Below are positions 20,471 to 31,484 of a DNA stretch of 64,000 bases, piece by piece. Position 1 is the first letter of the stretch. Every line of letters starts with the position of its first letter. The stretch is from Chlorobaculum sp. Lineage in GTDB: Bacteria > Bacteroidota > Chlorobiia > Chlorobiales > Chlorobiaceae. Location: positions 921 to 64,920 of the forward strand of contig DATMYL010000022.1 of NCBI GenBank assembly GCA_035560975.1. The letters are read 5' to 3'. Below the pieces are notes generated by a model. It saw only the letters and a program-made list of their open reading frames with translations, searched no databases and was not told the origin of the DNA. The position numbers were made by a program, and so were the translations under genes.

Positions 20471-21046
20471 TCAGAAGTTCATCCTGAGTCCCACAAGCAC
20501 GCTGTTGCTGTCGATACTCTCGTTTCCAGTTATGCCGGTTGTAAATTCTGTTGTGCCAAAATAGCGGTAACGGGCATCGAGCATTACCTGCCTGGCGATT
20601 GGAATTTCCACACCGGCACCGATCTGGTAGGCAAACGTAGCCTCGCTATCGCTGTATCTGAACGGGGTTCCCAGCCTGATATCTCTCAGGCGCACGTCAG
20701 CCAACCCCACTCCGGCAGTAATGTAAGGCTTGACGCCGCCGGCATCGACAGTGTAGTATCCGTTGCCCAGCAATGACAACACCTTTATAGCGCCACTGGT
20801 TTTGAAATCGTTGTGCTGGTATCCAGCCTCGGCTTCGAGACGGTAATTGCCGTAATCGCATCCTATGGCAGCCAGCAGATTGATTCCGGAATCAGTTTCA
20901 AGATGCGGCCCCGAAACCGCGCCGACCTCGTTGATCCAGGAAATACCGACATTGCCGCTCACATAGTGGTCAGCTGCAAACGCCGGAGCAGAAAAGGTGC
21001 CAGCCGCGATCAGCGCAGAAGCCAGCATCGAAAAATGTTTTTTCAT
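20471..21046 (-). CDS. Small outer-membrane beta-barrel protein (OmpA-TM/Ail-like)
   Basis: Signal peptide ending AFA, amphipathic strands (YRLEAEAGY, KPYITAGVG, FAYQIGAGV, LDARYRY), C-terminal Phe; GGAGG SD before ATG 21046. Confidence 0.8.
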   Translation of the reverse strand: MKKHFSMLASALIAAGTFSAPAFAADHYVSGNVGISWINEVGAVSGPHLETDSGINLLAAIGCDYGNYRLEAEAGYQHNDFKTSGAIKVLSLLGNGYYTVDAGGVKPYITAGVGLADVRLRDIRLGTPFRYSDSEATFAYQIGAGVEIPIARQVMLDARYRYFGTTEFTTGITGNESIDSNSVLVGLRMNF

Positions 21047-21252
21047 AGAATCCTCCAAGTTTGTTGGCACAAACATCTTTAGTTCATCAATCGAATCATG
21101 TAGTGATCACGCGAAAAAAGTCACAACGGTACAAATAATTCGACTTTCGGCTATAACGTTCCTTCTTTTTGGGGAATCATGCTTGTCGATGCTGCTTTTC
21201 GGGGGGATTGCCAACTTGCGCAATGCTTGTGTAACAAGAATCGGGGGTTAAC

Positions 21253-21289
21253 AAAAAAGCCACAGGAAGAGGTATTCCCATGGCTTTTT
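21253..21289 (-). terminator. Terminator downstream of uppS-bamA
   Basis: AAAAAGCCA...TGGCTTTTT stem with T tracts on both strands. Confidence 0.65.
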
Positions 21290-21311
21290 ATGTTTATGCG
21301 GAGGCTGACGG

Positions 21312-23849
21312 TCAGTCGTTCGGCTGGCCGAATGTGAAGGTGAAGTTCCAGCCCTGCTTGGATTTTGACGTGTCTGACGGAACGGCGTCGAAACCGTATC
21401 CGTAGTCGATGCCTACCTGGCCGATGATCGGGAGATAGAGCCTCAGACCCACGCCGGCAGATTTTTTAAGATCGGTGAGGTTCATCGACGACGTATCCTG
21501 CCAGAGGTTGCCTGCCTCGAAAAACGCAAGTGCGTAAATGCTGGCTGATGGATTCAGAGTCAGCGGGTAACGGAGTTCCGTAGTGAATTTCGAATAGATT
21601 TTGCCGCCGTACAGGTCCGTTTCACCCTTGAACAGATTTCCTATGCTTCTGTCAGGATAGCCCCGCAGGGGAATCGTCGGCAGTGATGACATGCCGCTGC
21701 CGCCCATGTAGAAATATTCCGTATAAGGGATGTAGTCGTTCTGGTTGAAAGTGGCCAGATATCCTTGCTGGGCCGACACGTTGAGCACCAGCTTTTTCGA
21801 AACAGGGAAAAACCAGCTCGAGGTTCCTATAAACTTATAGAAATCAATCGTTCCGGGGAGCGGGCCGCCTGCAAGCTGTGCGCTGAAGACGTTTTTGCTT
21901 CCGTGCCTCGGATAGATGGGGTTGTCTATGCTGTTTCTGCTGATAGTCTGGGTGATGGAGAACTCTTCAGCCTTGTCCGGAATGTTTGCCTCATTGAGGA
22001 AGCTTACAAATCCGCCCTCGTTATGCAGGTAACCAAGACGCCAGCTTATTGCGAAATAGTCATCCGGCCAGGTAAGCCTTCGGCCGATGTTAAGGTTGGC
22101 GCCATACTGGTTGATCGTTTTAATCGTAGAGGTATCGACGTTGCTATCGTTCGAGAAGTAATAGCTCTGGCGGGTTTTGAATGCAGTAAAGCCGACGGAC
22201 GTATGGGTACCGAATGCCCACGGATCGTTCACCGACAAAGAGAGCGTCCGGTAGTTGTTGGCGCCGAACTGCCATTGCAGGGCGAGTTTCTGCCCGTCTC
22301 CATGGGGAAGCGGCTTGTATGCCGACGGGTGGAAGAGGTCTCCGAGGGAAAAATTGTTGAAGGTCAGGCCGAGTGATCCTGTGCCTCCGCTCGATGCGCT
22401 GTAGCCGACGGAAGCGTTGAAGGTGTCGGTCTGTCTTTCGGTTACGTTGTACGTCAGATCGACCGTATTGTTTTCGGCATTCGGTTGGACGTCGGGAGTC
22501 AGCGTTTCAGGGTCGAAATAGTTCAGCATGGAGAGTTCCCTGATGCTTCTGACGACTTTTTGCCTGCTGAACGTGTCTCCAGGCAGAGTATAGAGTTCGC
22601 GACGGATGACGTGATCTTTCGTCTTTGTGTTGCCCTTGATGTTGATGACGTTCAGCGTGAACGGCTCGCCTTCGGTCAGTGTGATTACAAGGTCGACGGA
22701 ATTTGGCTGCACGACCTGCTCTTCAATTTTGGCCCTGAACGAGAGATAGCCCTTATCGAGATAAAGGGAGCTCACGTCGGTGTGGTCCTGCGAGAAGTTG
22801 AGGCGCTCGTTGATCCTTTTGGCACTGTAGAGATCCCCCTTCTTGATGGCGAAGGTGGTGTTGAGCGTGCTGGTTGGGGCGAAATCCTTGGTGTTGCCGA
22901 TCCAGGTGACGTTCCTGATAGAATATTTCGGTCCTTCGTCGACAAAGATGTCGAGGAACAGCCCTTTTTTGTCCTCGGTATAGGTTATCGAATCCTTCAG
23001 TACCCTTGCGTCACGGTAACCGTTGTCGCGATAGAATTCGACGAGCAGATTCTTGTCCTCTTCGAATTTGTCCTTTTCGAGTTTCGGCTGTCCGAAGATT
23101 TTTCTCCACCAGGAGTTTTGCGATGTCTCCTTGAAGACGCCCCTGAGTTTGCTCTCACTGAATGCCTTGTTGCCGTGGAACCTGATTTTTTCGATGATGA
23201 CCCTGGAGCCTTCATGGATGGTGAATATCGCTTTTACCTTGTTGTTGCCGACATTCTCGAAGCGGTACTCCGCGCCGGCGGACAGATAGCCTTTTTCCGA
23301 ATAATGCTTCTCTATCTTGTTCGTGGCATTCAACAGGTCCTGGGAGCTTATTCTGCGACCTGAAGAGAGGTTTGCGATCTTCTGCAGATCCTTCTCTTTA
23401 AACTTGTGGTTTCCCTGGAACTTAATTTCGTCGAGGATCGGAAACTCGTTGACGATAAAGGTCAGCTTGACGGCTCCGCCGCCAAGGTCGGTTTGATCGA
23501 TCTTGATATTGCTGAAATACTGCAGGTTCCAGAGGTATTGCAAAGTGCCTGGAATCTCCTGGCCCGGGATGCTGATCTTGTCGTCAACCTTGATGGGCAG
23601 GCTTTTCAGGAGGTCAGCCTCTTTCAGTGTCTGCAGGCCGCTGAATGAGATCTGCCTGACGGTCAGGGTTCGCGTCTCGGGGACTGCCGCAGGTACGCCA
23701 GTTACAGAAGGGCCTGAGACAGTGCCCTTGTTTGCAGCGGTACTTTTTGCACGTGTCTTTGCGGAAGCGTCAGTCAGGGGGCTGTTGAGCAGTACAAGGA
23801 CGATGAGCAGCGCTGAAACCCTGTCTGGGGAAAAAGGTGTATTTTTCAT
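21312..23849 (-). CDS. bamA: Outer-membrane protein assembly factor BamA
   Basis: POTRA repeats (GNTKTKDHVIRRE), barrel with PLRGY motif, GIDYGYGFD. Confidence 0.95.
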   Translation of the reverse strand: MKNTPFSPDRVSALLIVLVLLNSPLTDASAKTRAKSTAANKGTVSGPSVTGVPAAVPETRTLTVRQISFSGLQTLKEADLLKSLPIKVDDKISIPGQEIPGTLQYLWNLQYFSNIKIDQTDLGGGAVKLTFIVNEFPILDEIKFQGNHKFKEKDLQKIANLSSGRRISSQDLLNATNKIEKHYSEKGYLSAGAEYRFENVGNNKVKAIFTIHEGSRVIIEKIRFHGNKAFSESKLRGVFKETSQNSWWRKIFGQPKLEKDKFEEDKNLLVEFYRDNGYRDARVLKDSITYTEDKKGLFLDIFVDEGPKYSIRNVTWIGNTKDFAPTSTLNTTFAIKKGDLYSAKRINERLNFSQDHTDVSSLYLDKGYLSFRAKIEEQVVQPNSVDLVITLTEGEPFTLNVINIKGNTKTKDHVIRRELYTLPGDTFSRQKVVRSIRELSMLNYFDPETLTPDVQPNAENNTVDLTYNVTERQTDTFNASVGYSASSGGTGSLGLTFNNFSLGDLFHPSAYKPLPHGDGQKLALQWQFGANNYRTLSLSVNDPWAFGTHTSVGFTAFKTRQSYYFSNDSNVDTSTIKTINQYGANLNIGRRLTWPDDYFAISWRLGYLHNEGGFVSFLNEANIPDKAEEFSITQTISRNSIDNPIYPRHGSKNVFSAQLAGGPLPGTIDFYKFIGTSSWFFPVSKKLVLNVSAQQGYLATFNQNDYIPYTEYFYMGGSGMSSLPTIPLRGYPDRSIGNLFKGETDLYGGKIYSKFTTELRYPLTLNPSASIYALAFFEAGNLWQDTSSMNLTDLKKSAGVGLRLYLPIIGQVGIDYGYGFDAVPSDTSKSKQGWNFTFTFGQPND

Positions 23850-23873
23850 GAAAAGGCTGAATGGTTCTGTGTT

Positions 23874-24680
23874 TTAAGCCAGTCGTATAAATGGATTCGC
23901 ATGTAATTGCTCGCTTGTCTGGCCGAATCGACGCTCACGGTTCTGATACTCCCTGAGCGCGTCATACAACTGGACACGACGGAAATCAGGCCAATAGGTA
24001 TTGGTGAAATAAATCTCGGAATAGGCGCTTTGCCAAAGCATGAAATTGCTTATGCGGAACTCTCCGCTGGTCCTGATAAGGAGCTCAGGGTCGGGAATCG
24101 AAGCGGTCGAAAGGAACGACGCCACAAGGGTTTCGTCGATCTGTTCCGTATCGATCGTCCCGGCTTTTACCTGTTCGGCAATTGCCCGGCAGGCATGGGT
24201 GATATCCCATTTGCCGCTGTAGCTCAGTGCGATGTTCAGTATCAGGCCGTTGTTGTCTTTTGTCAGATCCATGGTTTCGGCAAGTGTTTTCCGCACATCT
24301 GCGGGCACCATGTGCAGATCTCCGATAACCTGCAGCCGGATATTGTTGTCGCGAAGCTGACGAGTCTCCTTCCTGAGTACCCTGATAAGGAGCCGCATCA
24401 GCGCCGATATTTCGTTTTCAGGCCTTTTCCAGTTTTCTATGGAAAATGTGAACAGGGTGAGGCAGCCTACTCCGAGCTGGGAGCAGGCCTCTACGATATC
24501 CCTTACCGACTCTACGCCGGCGATGTGCCCTTCGACGCGCGATTTACCTTTGAGTCTCGCCCAGCGCCCGTTTCCATCCATGATAATTCCGATATGTCGG
24601 GGGAGCTCACAGGAGGACTTCAAAGCCTGCTGGATCAGGGTGTCTTCGGGATCAACTCTTGATTTAAACCACTGGGGCAT
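23874..24680 (-). CDS. uppS: Undecaprenyl diphosphate synthase (cis-prenyltransferase)
   Basis: HIGIIMDGNGRWA, FSIENWKRP, RTSGEFRISNFMLWQ, RERRFG; start is approximate. Confidence 0.95.
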   Translation of the reverse strand: MPQWFKSRVDPEDTLIQQALKSSCELPRHIGIIMDGNGRWARLKGKSRVEGHIAGVESVRDIVEACSQLGVGCLTLFTFSIENWKRPENEISALMRLLIRVLRKETRQLRDNNIRLQVIGDLHMVPADVRKTLAETMDLTKDNNGLILNIALSYSGKWDITHACRAIAEQVKAGTIDTEQIDETLVASFLSTASIPDPELLIRTSGEFRISNFMLWQSAYSEIYFTNTYWPDFRRVQLYDALREYQNRERRFGQTSEQLHANPFIRLA

Positions 24681-24924
24681 GAAAGGGTAAGAAAAATCCA
24701 TGTGTTGGGAATTCGGGTCATCGGTCGTTGCCATTTTCATCTGAACGCACCGCGAGCAGACATCTGTCGCAATATCCATCAAATTGAATTATAGACAGTA
24801 ATTTAGTATTATACAAACCTCATGACGGCAGAGCCAGATGCTCTTTCGGCCGGCAGCATGCGATACGCGCAGGAGTTGTTGTCCTGCCGCATCATTCTTC
24901 AATAAAAATACATCCGGAAAAGAC

Positions 24925-26370
24925 GTGCAGTTTAGTGGATATCAGGACCTCCGGTCCAGGCTGGTCTCGCGGGAGCTTACCTGTGAGCAGGTGATCGGGA
25001 GTTATTTGCAGCGTATCGAATCGCACCGTGACGATAATATTTTTACCGCGGTTTTTCATGAAGAGGCGCTTGTGCGCGCAAGGGAGCTGGACAGCAAGCT
25101 TCAGCGCGGCGAAACACCTGGCAGGCTTTTCGGCATGCCCATTGCAATCAAGGACAATATTTCGATGAAGGGCGCACCCCTTAGCTGCGCCTCAAAGATT
25201 CTCTTCGGCTACGAAAGCGTTTATGACGCTACGGTCATTATCAGGATGCACGCAGAGGACGCGATTTTTGTAGGCCGTACCAATATGGACGAGTTCGCCA
25301 TGGGGAGTTCCAACGAAAACTCCGCGATCGGTCCTGTGCCGAACCCCTTCGACAAAACCCGCGTTCCCGGAGGAAGCTCCGGAGGTTCTGCGGCTGCAGT
25401 CGCCAACGACCTGGCAATGGTCGCCCTCGGTTCCGACACCGGCGGTTCCGTCCGTCAGCCGGCCGGCTTCTGCAACATCGTAGGACTTAAACCGACGTAC
25501 GGTCGCATTTCGCGTTACGGACTGGTGGCCTTCGCCTCTTCGTTCGACCAGATCGGCCTGCTGGCAGGGAACTGCGACGACGCAGCACTGGTGCTTGGCG
25601 TGATCGCGGGCCTGGACGAGCGTGATGCCACCTCTTCACACCACGATGTGACGGACTATGGGGCATCGATGGATCATCTTTCCCTTGAAGGCCTTCGGAT
25701 CGGCGTCCCGACGGCATTTTTCCCCGAGAGCCTGAACGCTGATGTCGCATCTGTCGTCAAGGCCGGCTTGAAGAAGCTCGAGGATGCCGGCGCTGTGCTT
25801 GTGGAGATCGATCTGCCCGAAAGCGATTATGCCATTGCAGCCTATTATATCCTGGTGACAGCCGAGGCATCCTCGAACCTCGCCCGTTTTGACGGTGCGC
25901 GTTACGGCTATCGCTCGCCGGATTCGCAGACTCTTTCCGAGATGTACGTGAACTCCCGTACGGAAGGTTTCGGCGACGAAGTCAAGCGAAGGATCATGCT
26001 CGGGACCTATGTGCTTTCTGCAGGTTATTACGACACATACTACAAAAAGGCCCAGCAGGTCCGGAGGGTTTTCCAGGACCGCTACCGCGAGGCGCTCGAA
26101 AAAGTGGATGTCATTGCCGGTCCGACATCTCCGTTCCCGCCGTTCGGCATCGGCGACAAGATGGACAATCCGCTCGAGATGTACCTTGCAGACGTTTTCA
26201 CCGTACCTGCCAGCATTGTCGGTATGCCCGCCGTCAGCGTTCCTGTCGGTTTTGACAGCCTCGGCCTGCCCGTCGGCATCCACCTTATCTGCAACTTTTT
26301 CGAAGAGGGGAAGATGCTTGGCATAGCACGCAACCTTCAATCTTTCTGTCAGGCAGTTCCGTCGATTTGA
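24925..26370 (+). CDS. gatA: Asp-tRNA(Asn)/Glu-tRNA(Gln) amidotransferase subunit A
   Basis: [44 protein letters not shown]; GTG start at 24925. Confidence 0.97.
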   Translation: MQFSGYQDLRSRLVSRELTCEQVIGSYLQRIESHRDDNIFTAVFHEEALVRARELDSKLQRGETPGRLFGMPIAIKDNISMKGAPLSCASKILFGYESVYDATVIIRMHAEDAIFVGRTNMDEFAMGSSNENSAIGPVPNPFDKTRVPGGSSGGSAAAVANDLAMVALGSDTGGSVRQPAGFCNIVGLKPTYGRISRYGLVAFASSFDQIGLLAGNCDDAALVLGVIAGLDERDATSSHHDVTDYGASMDHLSLEGLRIGVPTAFFPESLNADVASVVKAGLKKLEDAGAVLVEIDLPESDYAIAAYYILVTAEASSNLARFDGARYGYRSPDSQTLSEMYVNSRTEGFGDEVKRRIMLGTYVLSAGYYDTYYKKAQQVRRVFQDRYREALEKVDVIAGPTSPFPPFGIGDKMDNPLEMYLADVFTVPASIVGMPAVSVPVGFDSLGLPVGIHLICNFFEEGKMLGIARNLQSFCQAVPSI

Positions 26371-26411
26371 CGGCTCTATTTTTTTTCATTCACCAAACAG
26401 GATATCTGCTT

Positions 26412-27311
26412 ATGAGCGTACTGGTCAATAAAGATACCCGCCTGGTCGTCCAGGGAATCACCGGGGGCGAGGGAACATTCCACACCTCCCAGATTCTTGA
26501 ATACGGTACCAACGTCGTTGCCGGCGTTACTCCCGGTAAAGGCGGGATACTCTATAACGGAAACGAAAAAGATACCTTCTGCCGTCCCGTGCCGGTATTC
26601 GATACGGTTCAGGAGGCCGTGGACAAAGCCGAGGCAAATGCGACGGTCATCTTCGTTCCTGCGCCGTTTGCCGCTGATGCGATCATGGAGGCTGCTGCCG
26701 CCGGACTGAAAGTGATCATCTGCATTACGGAAGGTATTCCGGTAAACGACATGATGAAAGCCTACTCCTTCGTCAAGGAGAGGGGTGCCGTGCTCGTCGG
26801 TCCCAACTGCCCGGGCGTCATCACACCCGGCGAAGCCAAGGTCGGCATCATGCCAGGGTTCATTCACAAGAAGGGAACCATCGGGGTTGTTTCAAGGAGC
26901 GGAACACTGACCTATGAAGCTGTGCATCAGCTTACCGCCGTCGGGCTTGGACAGTCGACCTGCATCGGCATCGGCGGAGACCCGATCATCGGCATCCGCT
27001 TCATCGACGCAGTCAAGCTGTTCGCCAAGGATGACGAGACCGAAGGGCTGATCATGATCGGTGAGATCGGAGGCAGCGCCGAAGAGGAGGCCGCCGAATA
27101 TATCCGCAAATATTTCAAAAAGCCGGTTGTCGGGTTCATCGCCGGACGCACAGCACCTCCCGGCAGGAGAATGGGCCACGCCGGAGCTATCGTTTCCGGA
27201 GGAAAGGGAACAGCGGAAGAGAAAATCAAAGTCATGGAAGCCGCAGGCATCCACGTCGTCGAGAACCCTGCAGACATGGGAACGATGATGCTGAAGGCGC
27301 TGGGACGGTAA
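26412..27311 (+). CDS. sucD: Succinyl-CoA synthetase alpha subunit
   Basis: [35 protein letters not shown]. Confidence 0.97.
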   Translation: MSVLVNKDTRLVVQGITGGEGTFHTSQILEYGTNVVAGVTPGKGGILYNGNEKDTFCRPVPVFDTVQEAVDKAEANATVIFVPAPFAADAIMEAAAAGLKVIICITEGIPVNDMMKAYSFVKERGAVLVGPNCPGVITPGEAKVGIMPGFIHKKGTIGVVSRSGTLTYEAVHQLTAVGLGQSTCIGIGGDPIIGIRFIDAVKLFAKDDETEGLIMIGEIGGSAEEEAAEYIRKYFKKPVVGFIAGRTAPPGRRMGHAGAIVSGGKGTAEEKIKVMEAAGIHVVENPADMGTMMLKALGR

Positions 27312-27327
27312 AGACTTTAAGAAGAAG

Positions 27328-27470
27328 AAAGGGACCTGAAGACAAGAAAAGGGACCAAAGGGACTTAAAGGACATAAAGGACCAAAAGGGTGGAAAGAAA
27401 TTTCTTAACCTTTATGTCCCTTTGGTCCCTTAAGTCCTTTTGGTCCCATTCTTCTTTCCTCAGTCCCTTT
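27328..27470. repeat. Inverted pair of 9-bp-period GGAC/GTCC tandem arrays
   Basis: GGAC at 27352, 27361, 27370, 27379; GTCC at 27416, 27425, 27434, 27443. Confidence 0.9.
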
Positions 27471-27472
27471 TC

Positions 27473-28447
27473 TTATAATCCCAAAGAGACCAGGTCGTGG
27501 ATGTGTACCAGGCCGACCGGGTGCTGGTCGGTGTCGCAGACCAGGAGCTGGGTGATCCTGTAGGTTTCGAGGATTTCAAGGCAATTCTTTGCCAGGAGTT
27601 CAGGCGAGACGGTCTTGGGATTGCCTGTCATGACCTCCGCAGCCCTTCTGGAGAGAAAATCTCCGCCGTTCTGTACCAGCCGCCGCAGGTCACCGTCAGT
27701 GAAGATTCCTGTAAGACGGCCGTTACTGTCTGTGATTCCGGTCACGCCGTAGCGTTTCGAGGTCATTTCGAGGATGAGGTCGGAGACTGAGGCCTCTTCG
27801 TTTACGAGAGGGATAGCCTCTTCCATTGCCATCACATCGGCGACCGTCATGGTCAGTTGCCTGCCGAGAGAACCCTTGGGGTGGGTAAGCGCGAATTCGA
27901 GGTCGGTGAAGTTCTTTTTCTGCATCAGGCACATGGCCAGTGCGTCTCCCATGGCGAGCATCGCTGTAGTGGAGGTTGTCGGTGCAAGGTCGTAGGGGCA
28001 GGCCTCCTGATCGACCCCGACATCGAGCACGACATGGGCGTTCATGGCAAGATAAGAGCGTTTGTTGCCGGTGAACGCGATAATGACGGCATTCCGCTCC
28101 CTGAGCGCCGGTATTATGAAATTGAGCTCTTCGGTCATGCCGCTTTTCGACAGGCATATGACCGTATCGTTTTTAGATACCACGCCGAGATCTCCGTGCG
28201 CGGCTTCTGCCGGGTGCATGAATATGGCGGTGGTCCCGGTAGACGAGAGCGTGGCGGCTATTTTCTGGCCGACAATGCCCGATTTTCCCATTCCGGAAAT
28301 GATGATTTTGCCCTTGCACGCCAGCAGGAGTTCGATAGCCCTGGCAAAACTTTCGTCGAGCCGATCGCTCATCTTCCCGATGGCATCTGCTTCCTGCATG
28401 AGGATTTTCCTGCCCTCCGAAATGGTCTGCGTTAAATCAGTCGTCAT
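27473..28447 (-). CDS. kdsD: Arabinose-5-phosphate isomerase (KpsF/GutQ family; SIS + CBS domains)
   Basis: SGMGKSG, HPAEAAHGDLG, EACPYDLAPTTST, HPKGSLG, GIFTDGDLRR. Confidence 0.93.
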   Translation of the reverse strand: MTTDLTQTISEGRKILMQEADAIGKMSDRLDESFARAIELLLACKGKIIISGMGKSGIVGQKIAATLSSTGTTAIFMHPAEAAHGDLGVVSKNDTVICLSKSGMTEELNFIIPALRERNAVIIAFTGNKRSYLAMNAHVVLDVGVDQEACPYDLAPTTSTTAMLAMGDALAMCLMQKKNFTDLEFALTHPKGSLGRQLTMTVADVMAMEEAIPLVNEEASVSDLILEMTSKRYGVTGITDSNGRLTGIFTDGDLRRLVQNGGDFLSRRAAEVMTGNPKTVSPELLAKNCLEILETYRITQLLVCDTDQHPVGLVHIHDLVSLGL

Positions 28448-28664
28448 GGTTGATACCTCAGTTGATCAATGCGATCTTTGCTTGCGGGGAAAAACAGAGA
28501 ATATTGATTTTTTAATCCAATATTCAGCGCTATAATCAAGAAAATTACCGTTATTTTCCATAACATCGCGGGATCAGCCCGCAGGGCGCGGCATGCAGGT
28601 ACTATTTTCAGCACAGGCCGGCCCACTCCCGACAACCGTTTATATTAACCATAACGAGCGCATT

Positions 28665-29009
28665 ATGAGCTGGATCTATATTCTCGGTTTTGCATTGTCG
28701 GTCTTTTTCATGCTCATCTTTTTCCTCTCCAGATTCGTGCAGTACATGAAGACTGAGCAGAATATGCAGATCGAATCATTCAAGGATACGCTGATCGACA
28801 AGGACAATCCCGTCGGTCTCGTGGGTGAGGAGCTCGAGAAACTCAAACAGCAGCAGGCTGAGGCCCAGCAGCATCTTCGCGAGGTTATTTCCAAGATTCC
28901 CGTGATCCAGAAGGACGGCAAGTTCCAGGTCGATTACGAAGCTGTCAAAAAGCAGAAAGAGAGTTCGGGCCTTGGGCCCAATGGCTCTTCTCCAAAAGGG
29001 AACAGTTAA
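28665..29009 (+). CDS. Hypothetical membrane-anchored protein
   Basis: N-terminal TM (WIYILGFALSVFFMLIFFLS), then a coiled-coil-like segment; coding-like codon usage. Confidence 0.7.
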   Translation: MSWIYILGFALSVFFMLIFFLSRFVQYMKTEQNMQIESFKDTLIDKDNPVGLVGEELEKLKQQQAEAQQHLREVISKIPVIQKDGKFQVDYEAVKKQKESSGLGPNGSSPKGNS

Positions 29010-29034
29010 GCATATCTCCTGAGGCTGATTACGG

Positions 29035-30576
29035 ATGTTCTCCAAGCTCAAGCTCCTTGCAAAGGATACGGTCATTTACGGAGCGAGCACTATTCTCGCC
29101 AGGAGCCTCAACTACATCCTCGTCCCGCTTTACGCCAATAAACTCTCGACGTTCGATAACGGCATACAGGCGGTCGTCTACGCCAATATCGCCCTGGCCA
29201 ATGTGCTTTTCTGCTACGGGCTTGAAACCTCATATCTGAAGGTCGCTTCCGACGCCATCAAGAAAAACGAGGATGAGCGGCGCTATTTCTCAACGGCGTT
29301 CATCAGCCTGTTGGTCACCTCGACGCTTTTCGCACTTCTGATCGTCCTGTTCGCCCCGGACATAGCCTCGCTGATCGGCCTGGCACCTGAATCAGGCACG
29401 TTTATCCGTTATGCCGCACTCATCCTGTGGCTCGATACGATGCTGGTCGTTCCGTTCGCTGAAATGAGGCTGAAGAGGAAAGCCGTCCGGTTCGCACTCG
29501 CGAAAATCATGGGGGTCGTCGGGGGCGTCGTGAGTGCTTTCGTGCTTCTCATTCCCCTCAAGGCGGGTCTGGCAGGAGTGTTCATCGCCGAAGCGATCGG
29601 ATCACTCGTGAGCCTGGTCATGGTGTTGCCGGTACTGATTCGCATGAAGCCCGGTTTTTCGTTCGATCTGTACCGTGACCTTCTGCGCATCGGTCTCCCT
29701 TACGTGCCGACTGGAATTGCCGGCCTTCTCATCCATCTGATCGACAGGAACCTGCTCATCCGGATTCCCCAGAGTGATGTAGAACGTCTTTACGGCGCCG
29801 GGCTCCATGCTTCTGACATCACAGGCATCTATGGGCGCGTGGCTGCGTTCGGCGTCGTCCTGCAACTCGTCATCCAGGTGTTCAGGTTCGCATGGCAGCC
29901 TTTTTTCCTCCAGCATGCGGACGACCCTGAGGCTAAACGCCTGTTCAGGCAGGTGCTCAACCTGTCGACCATCATGGTCATCGTGCTGGCCGTGGCGGCG
30001 ACCTTTTTTGTCCCTGACCTTGTCCGTTACCATTATGGAGGGCGCCTCTATCTGCTGCCTCCTAAATACTGGATCGGCCTTTCTATCCTTCCCTGGATCT
30101 TTTTCAGTTATGTCTTCGACATGATTTCGACCAACCTTTCTGCCGGCCTCCTGATTACAGGTAACACCCGCTACCTTCCCGTGGTTACCTTCGCAGGTGC
30201 CGTCGTCACCACCGTGGCCTGCTGGATGCTGATTCCGGTCAGCGGCATGGACGGTGCGGCCATTGCGATTCTTGCCGGCACTGCGGTCATGTGCGTCACC
30301 ATGGCCTGGTTTTCGCTCAAGGTCTATCCGCTTCGCTACGACTGGGGACGTCTCAGCCTGCTTCTGGCATCCGGCCTCATGTTTGCCGCTTATCATGACG
30401 ACCTGATTCTTTACCTCGGCCGATTCGGCGTGAGCGGCGGGATGTCGCTTCTGCTGAAACTGTTGATCGTGCTGGTCTATCTCGGTCTTGGTACGCTTAT
30501 CTTCCGAAGCGAGGCTACGGCTGTGGCGCGTTTGGTGCAGGAGAAGCTTCGTCCGGCAGGGGGTTCCGGAAAGTAA
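29035..30576 (+). CDS. Polysaccharide biosynthesis flippase-like (MATE/MOP superfamily) membrane protein
   Basis: About 13-14 hydrophobic segments, '[10 protein letters not shown]...FRFAWQPFF', N-terminal 'KDTVIYG'. Confidence 0.8.
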   Translation: MFSKLKLLAKDTVIYGASTILARSLNYILVPLYANKLSTFDNGIQAVVYANIALANVLFCYGLETSYLKVASDAIKKNEDERRYFSTAFISLLVTSTLFALLIVLFAPDIASLIGLAPESGTFIRYAALILWLDTMLVVPFAEMRLKRKAVRFALAKIMGVVGGVVSAFVLLIPLKAGLAGVFIAEAIGSLVSLVMVLPVLIRMKPGFSFDLYRDLLRIGLPYVPTGIAGLLIHLIDRNLLIRIPQSDVERLYGAGLHASDITGIYGRVAAFGVVLQLVIQVFRFAWQPFFLQHADDPEAKRLFRQVLNLSTIMVIVLAVAATFFVPDLVRYHYGGRLYLLPPKYWIGLSILPWIFFSYVFDMISTNLSAGLLITGNTRYLPVVTFAGAVVTTVACWMLIPVSGMDGAAIAILAGTAVMCVTMAWFSLKVYPLRYDWGRLSLLLASGLMFAAYHDDLILYLGRFGVSGGMSLLLKLLIVLVYLGLGTLIFRSEATAVARLVQEKLRPAGGSGK

Positions 30577-31388
30577 TGATTCGTGTGGCCACCGTCCAGT
30601 ATACGCCCGTCCACGGCTGCAGGCAGTCGAACATCAGGGCGATCAGGAACCTGATAGAGCCGGTCGAGGCGGACATTTTCATCCTTCCTGAGCTCTGCAC
30701 GAGCGGATATTTTTTTCTGTCGAAGGGTGAACTGGCACCGCTTGCCGAGGATATCCGTTCAGAAGCCTCCAAGGCGTTCCAGCGGATGGCGGTCGCAAAG
30801 AACGCCATGATTGTCGCGGGTATGGCCGAAGCGGCGGGGGATTTGTTCTACAACTCGGTATTTGTTTTCCGCCCGGACGGCAGCGAGCCCCTGGTATACC
30901 GGAAATCGCACCTCTTTTACAAGGAATCGCTTGTTTTTGAACGGGGGGATACCGGTTTTCCGGTCATCCGGGACGAGCGGCTCGACTTGTCGGTAGGTAT
31001 CATGCTTTGCTACGACTGGCGTTTTCCGGAAGCAGCGAGGGTGCTTGCCCTTGAGGGTGCCGATATCATCGCATGTCCTTCCAACCTGGTGACCGATGCG
31101 TGGATCAAGGTCATGCCGGCGCGCGCTATTGAAAACAAGCTGTTCGTGGCCGTGGCAAATCGTGCCGGCAACGAAACAAAGATGGGGGAGACTCTGGTTT
31201 TCAAGGGCCGATCCGCCCTCTACGACCCATGGGGTGAAGCGGTCGCCGAGGCCGGCCCATCAGGTGACACGGTGCTTCTATCGGAAATCGATCACCGACT
31301 TTCCCGTGACAAGCGCTTCAATGATTTCAACGATATTTTCGTCGACAGGCGTCCTGATCTGTACGGCACTCTTTGCCGGCAACGCTGA
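30576..31388 (+). CDS. Carbon-nitrogen hydrolase (nitrilase superfamily)
   Basis: E-K-C triad: LPELCTSGY, YRKSHLF, LCYDWRFPE; TAATG overlap with the upstream gene. Confidence 0.9.
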   Translation: MIRVATVQYTPVHGCRQSNIRAIRNLIEPVEADIFILPELCTSGYFFLSKGELAPLAEDIRSEASKAFQRMAVAKNAMIVAGMAEAAGDLFYNSVFVFRPDGSEPLVYRKSHLFYKESLVFERGDTGFPVIRDERLDLSVGIMLCYDWRFPEAARVLALEGADIIACPSNLVTDAWIKVMPARAIENKLFVAVANRAGNETKMGETLVFKGRSALYDPWGEAVAEAGPSGDTVLLSEIDHRLSRDKRFNDFNDIFVDRRPDLYGTLCRQR

Positions 31389-31484
31389 CCATCGGATACT
31401 GAGTCTGTCTACGTATGGCGTTGCCTTCCTTCATACCGTCATGGCGTTAACTCGAACTCCGTTTCAACCATGACCGGCATGCGT

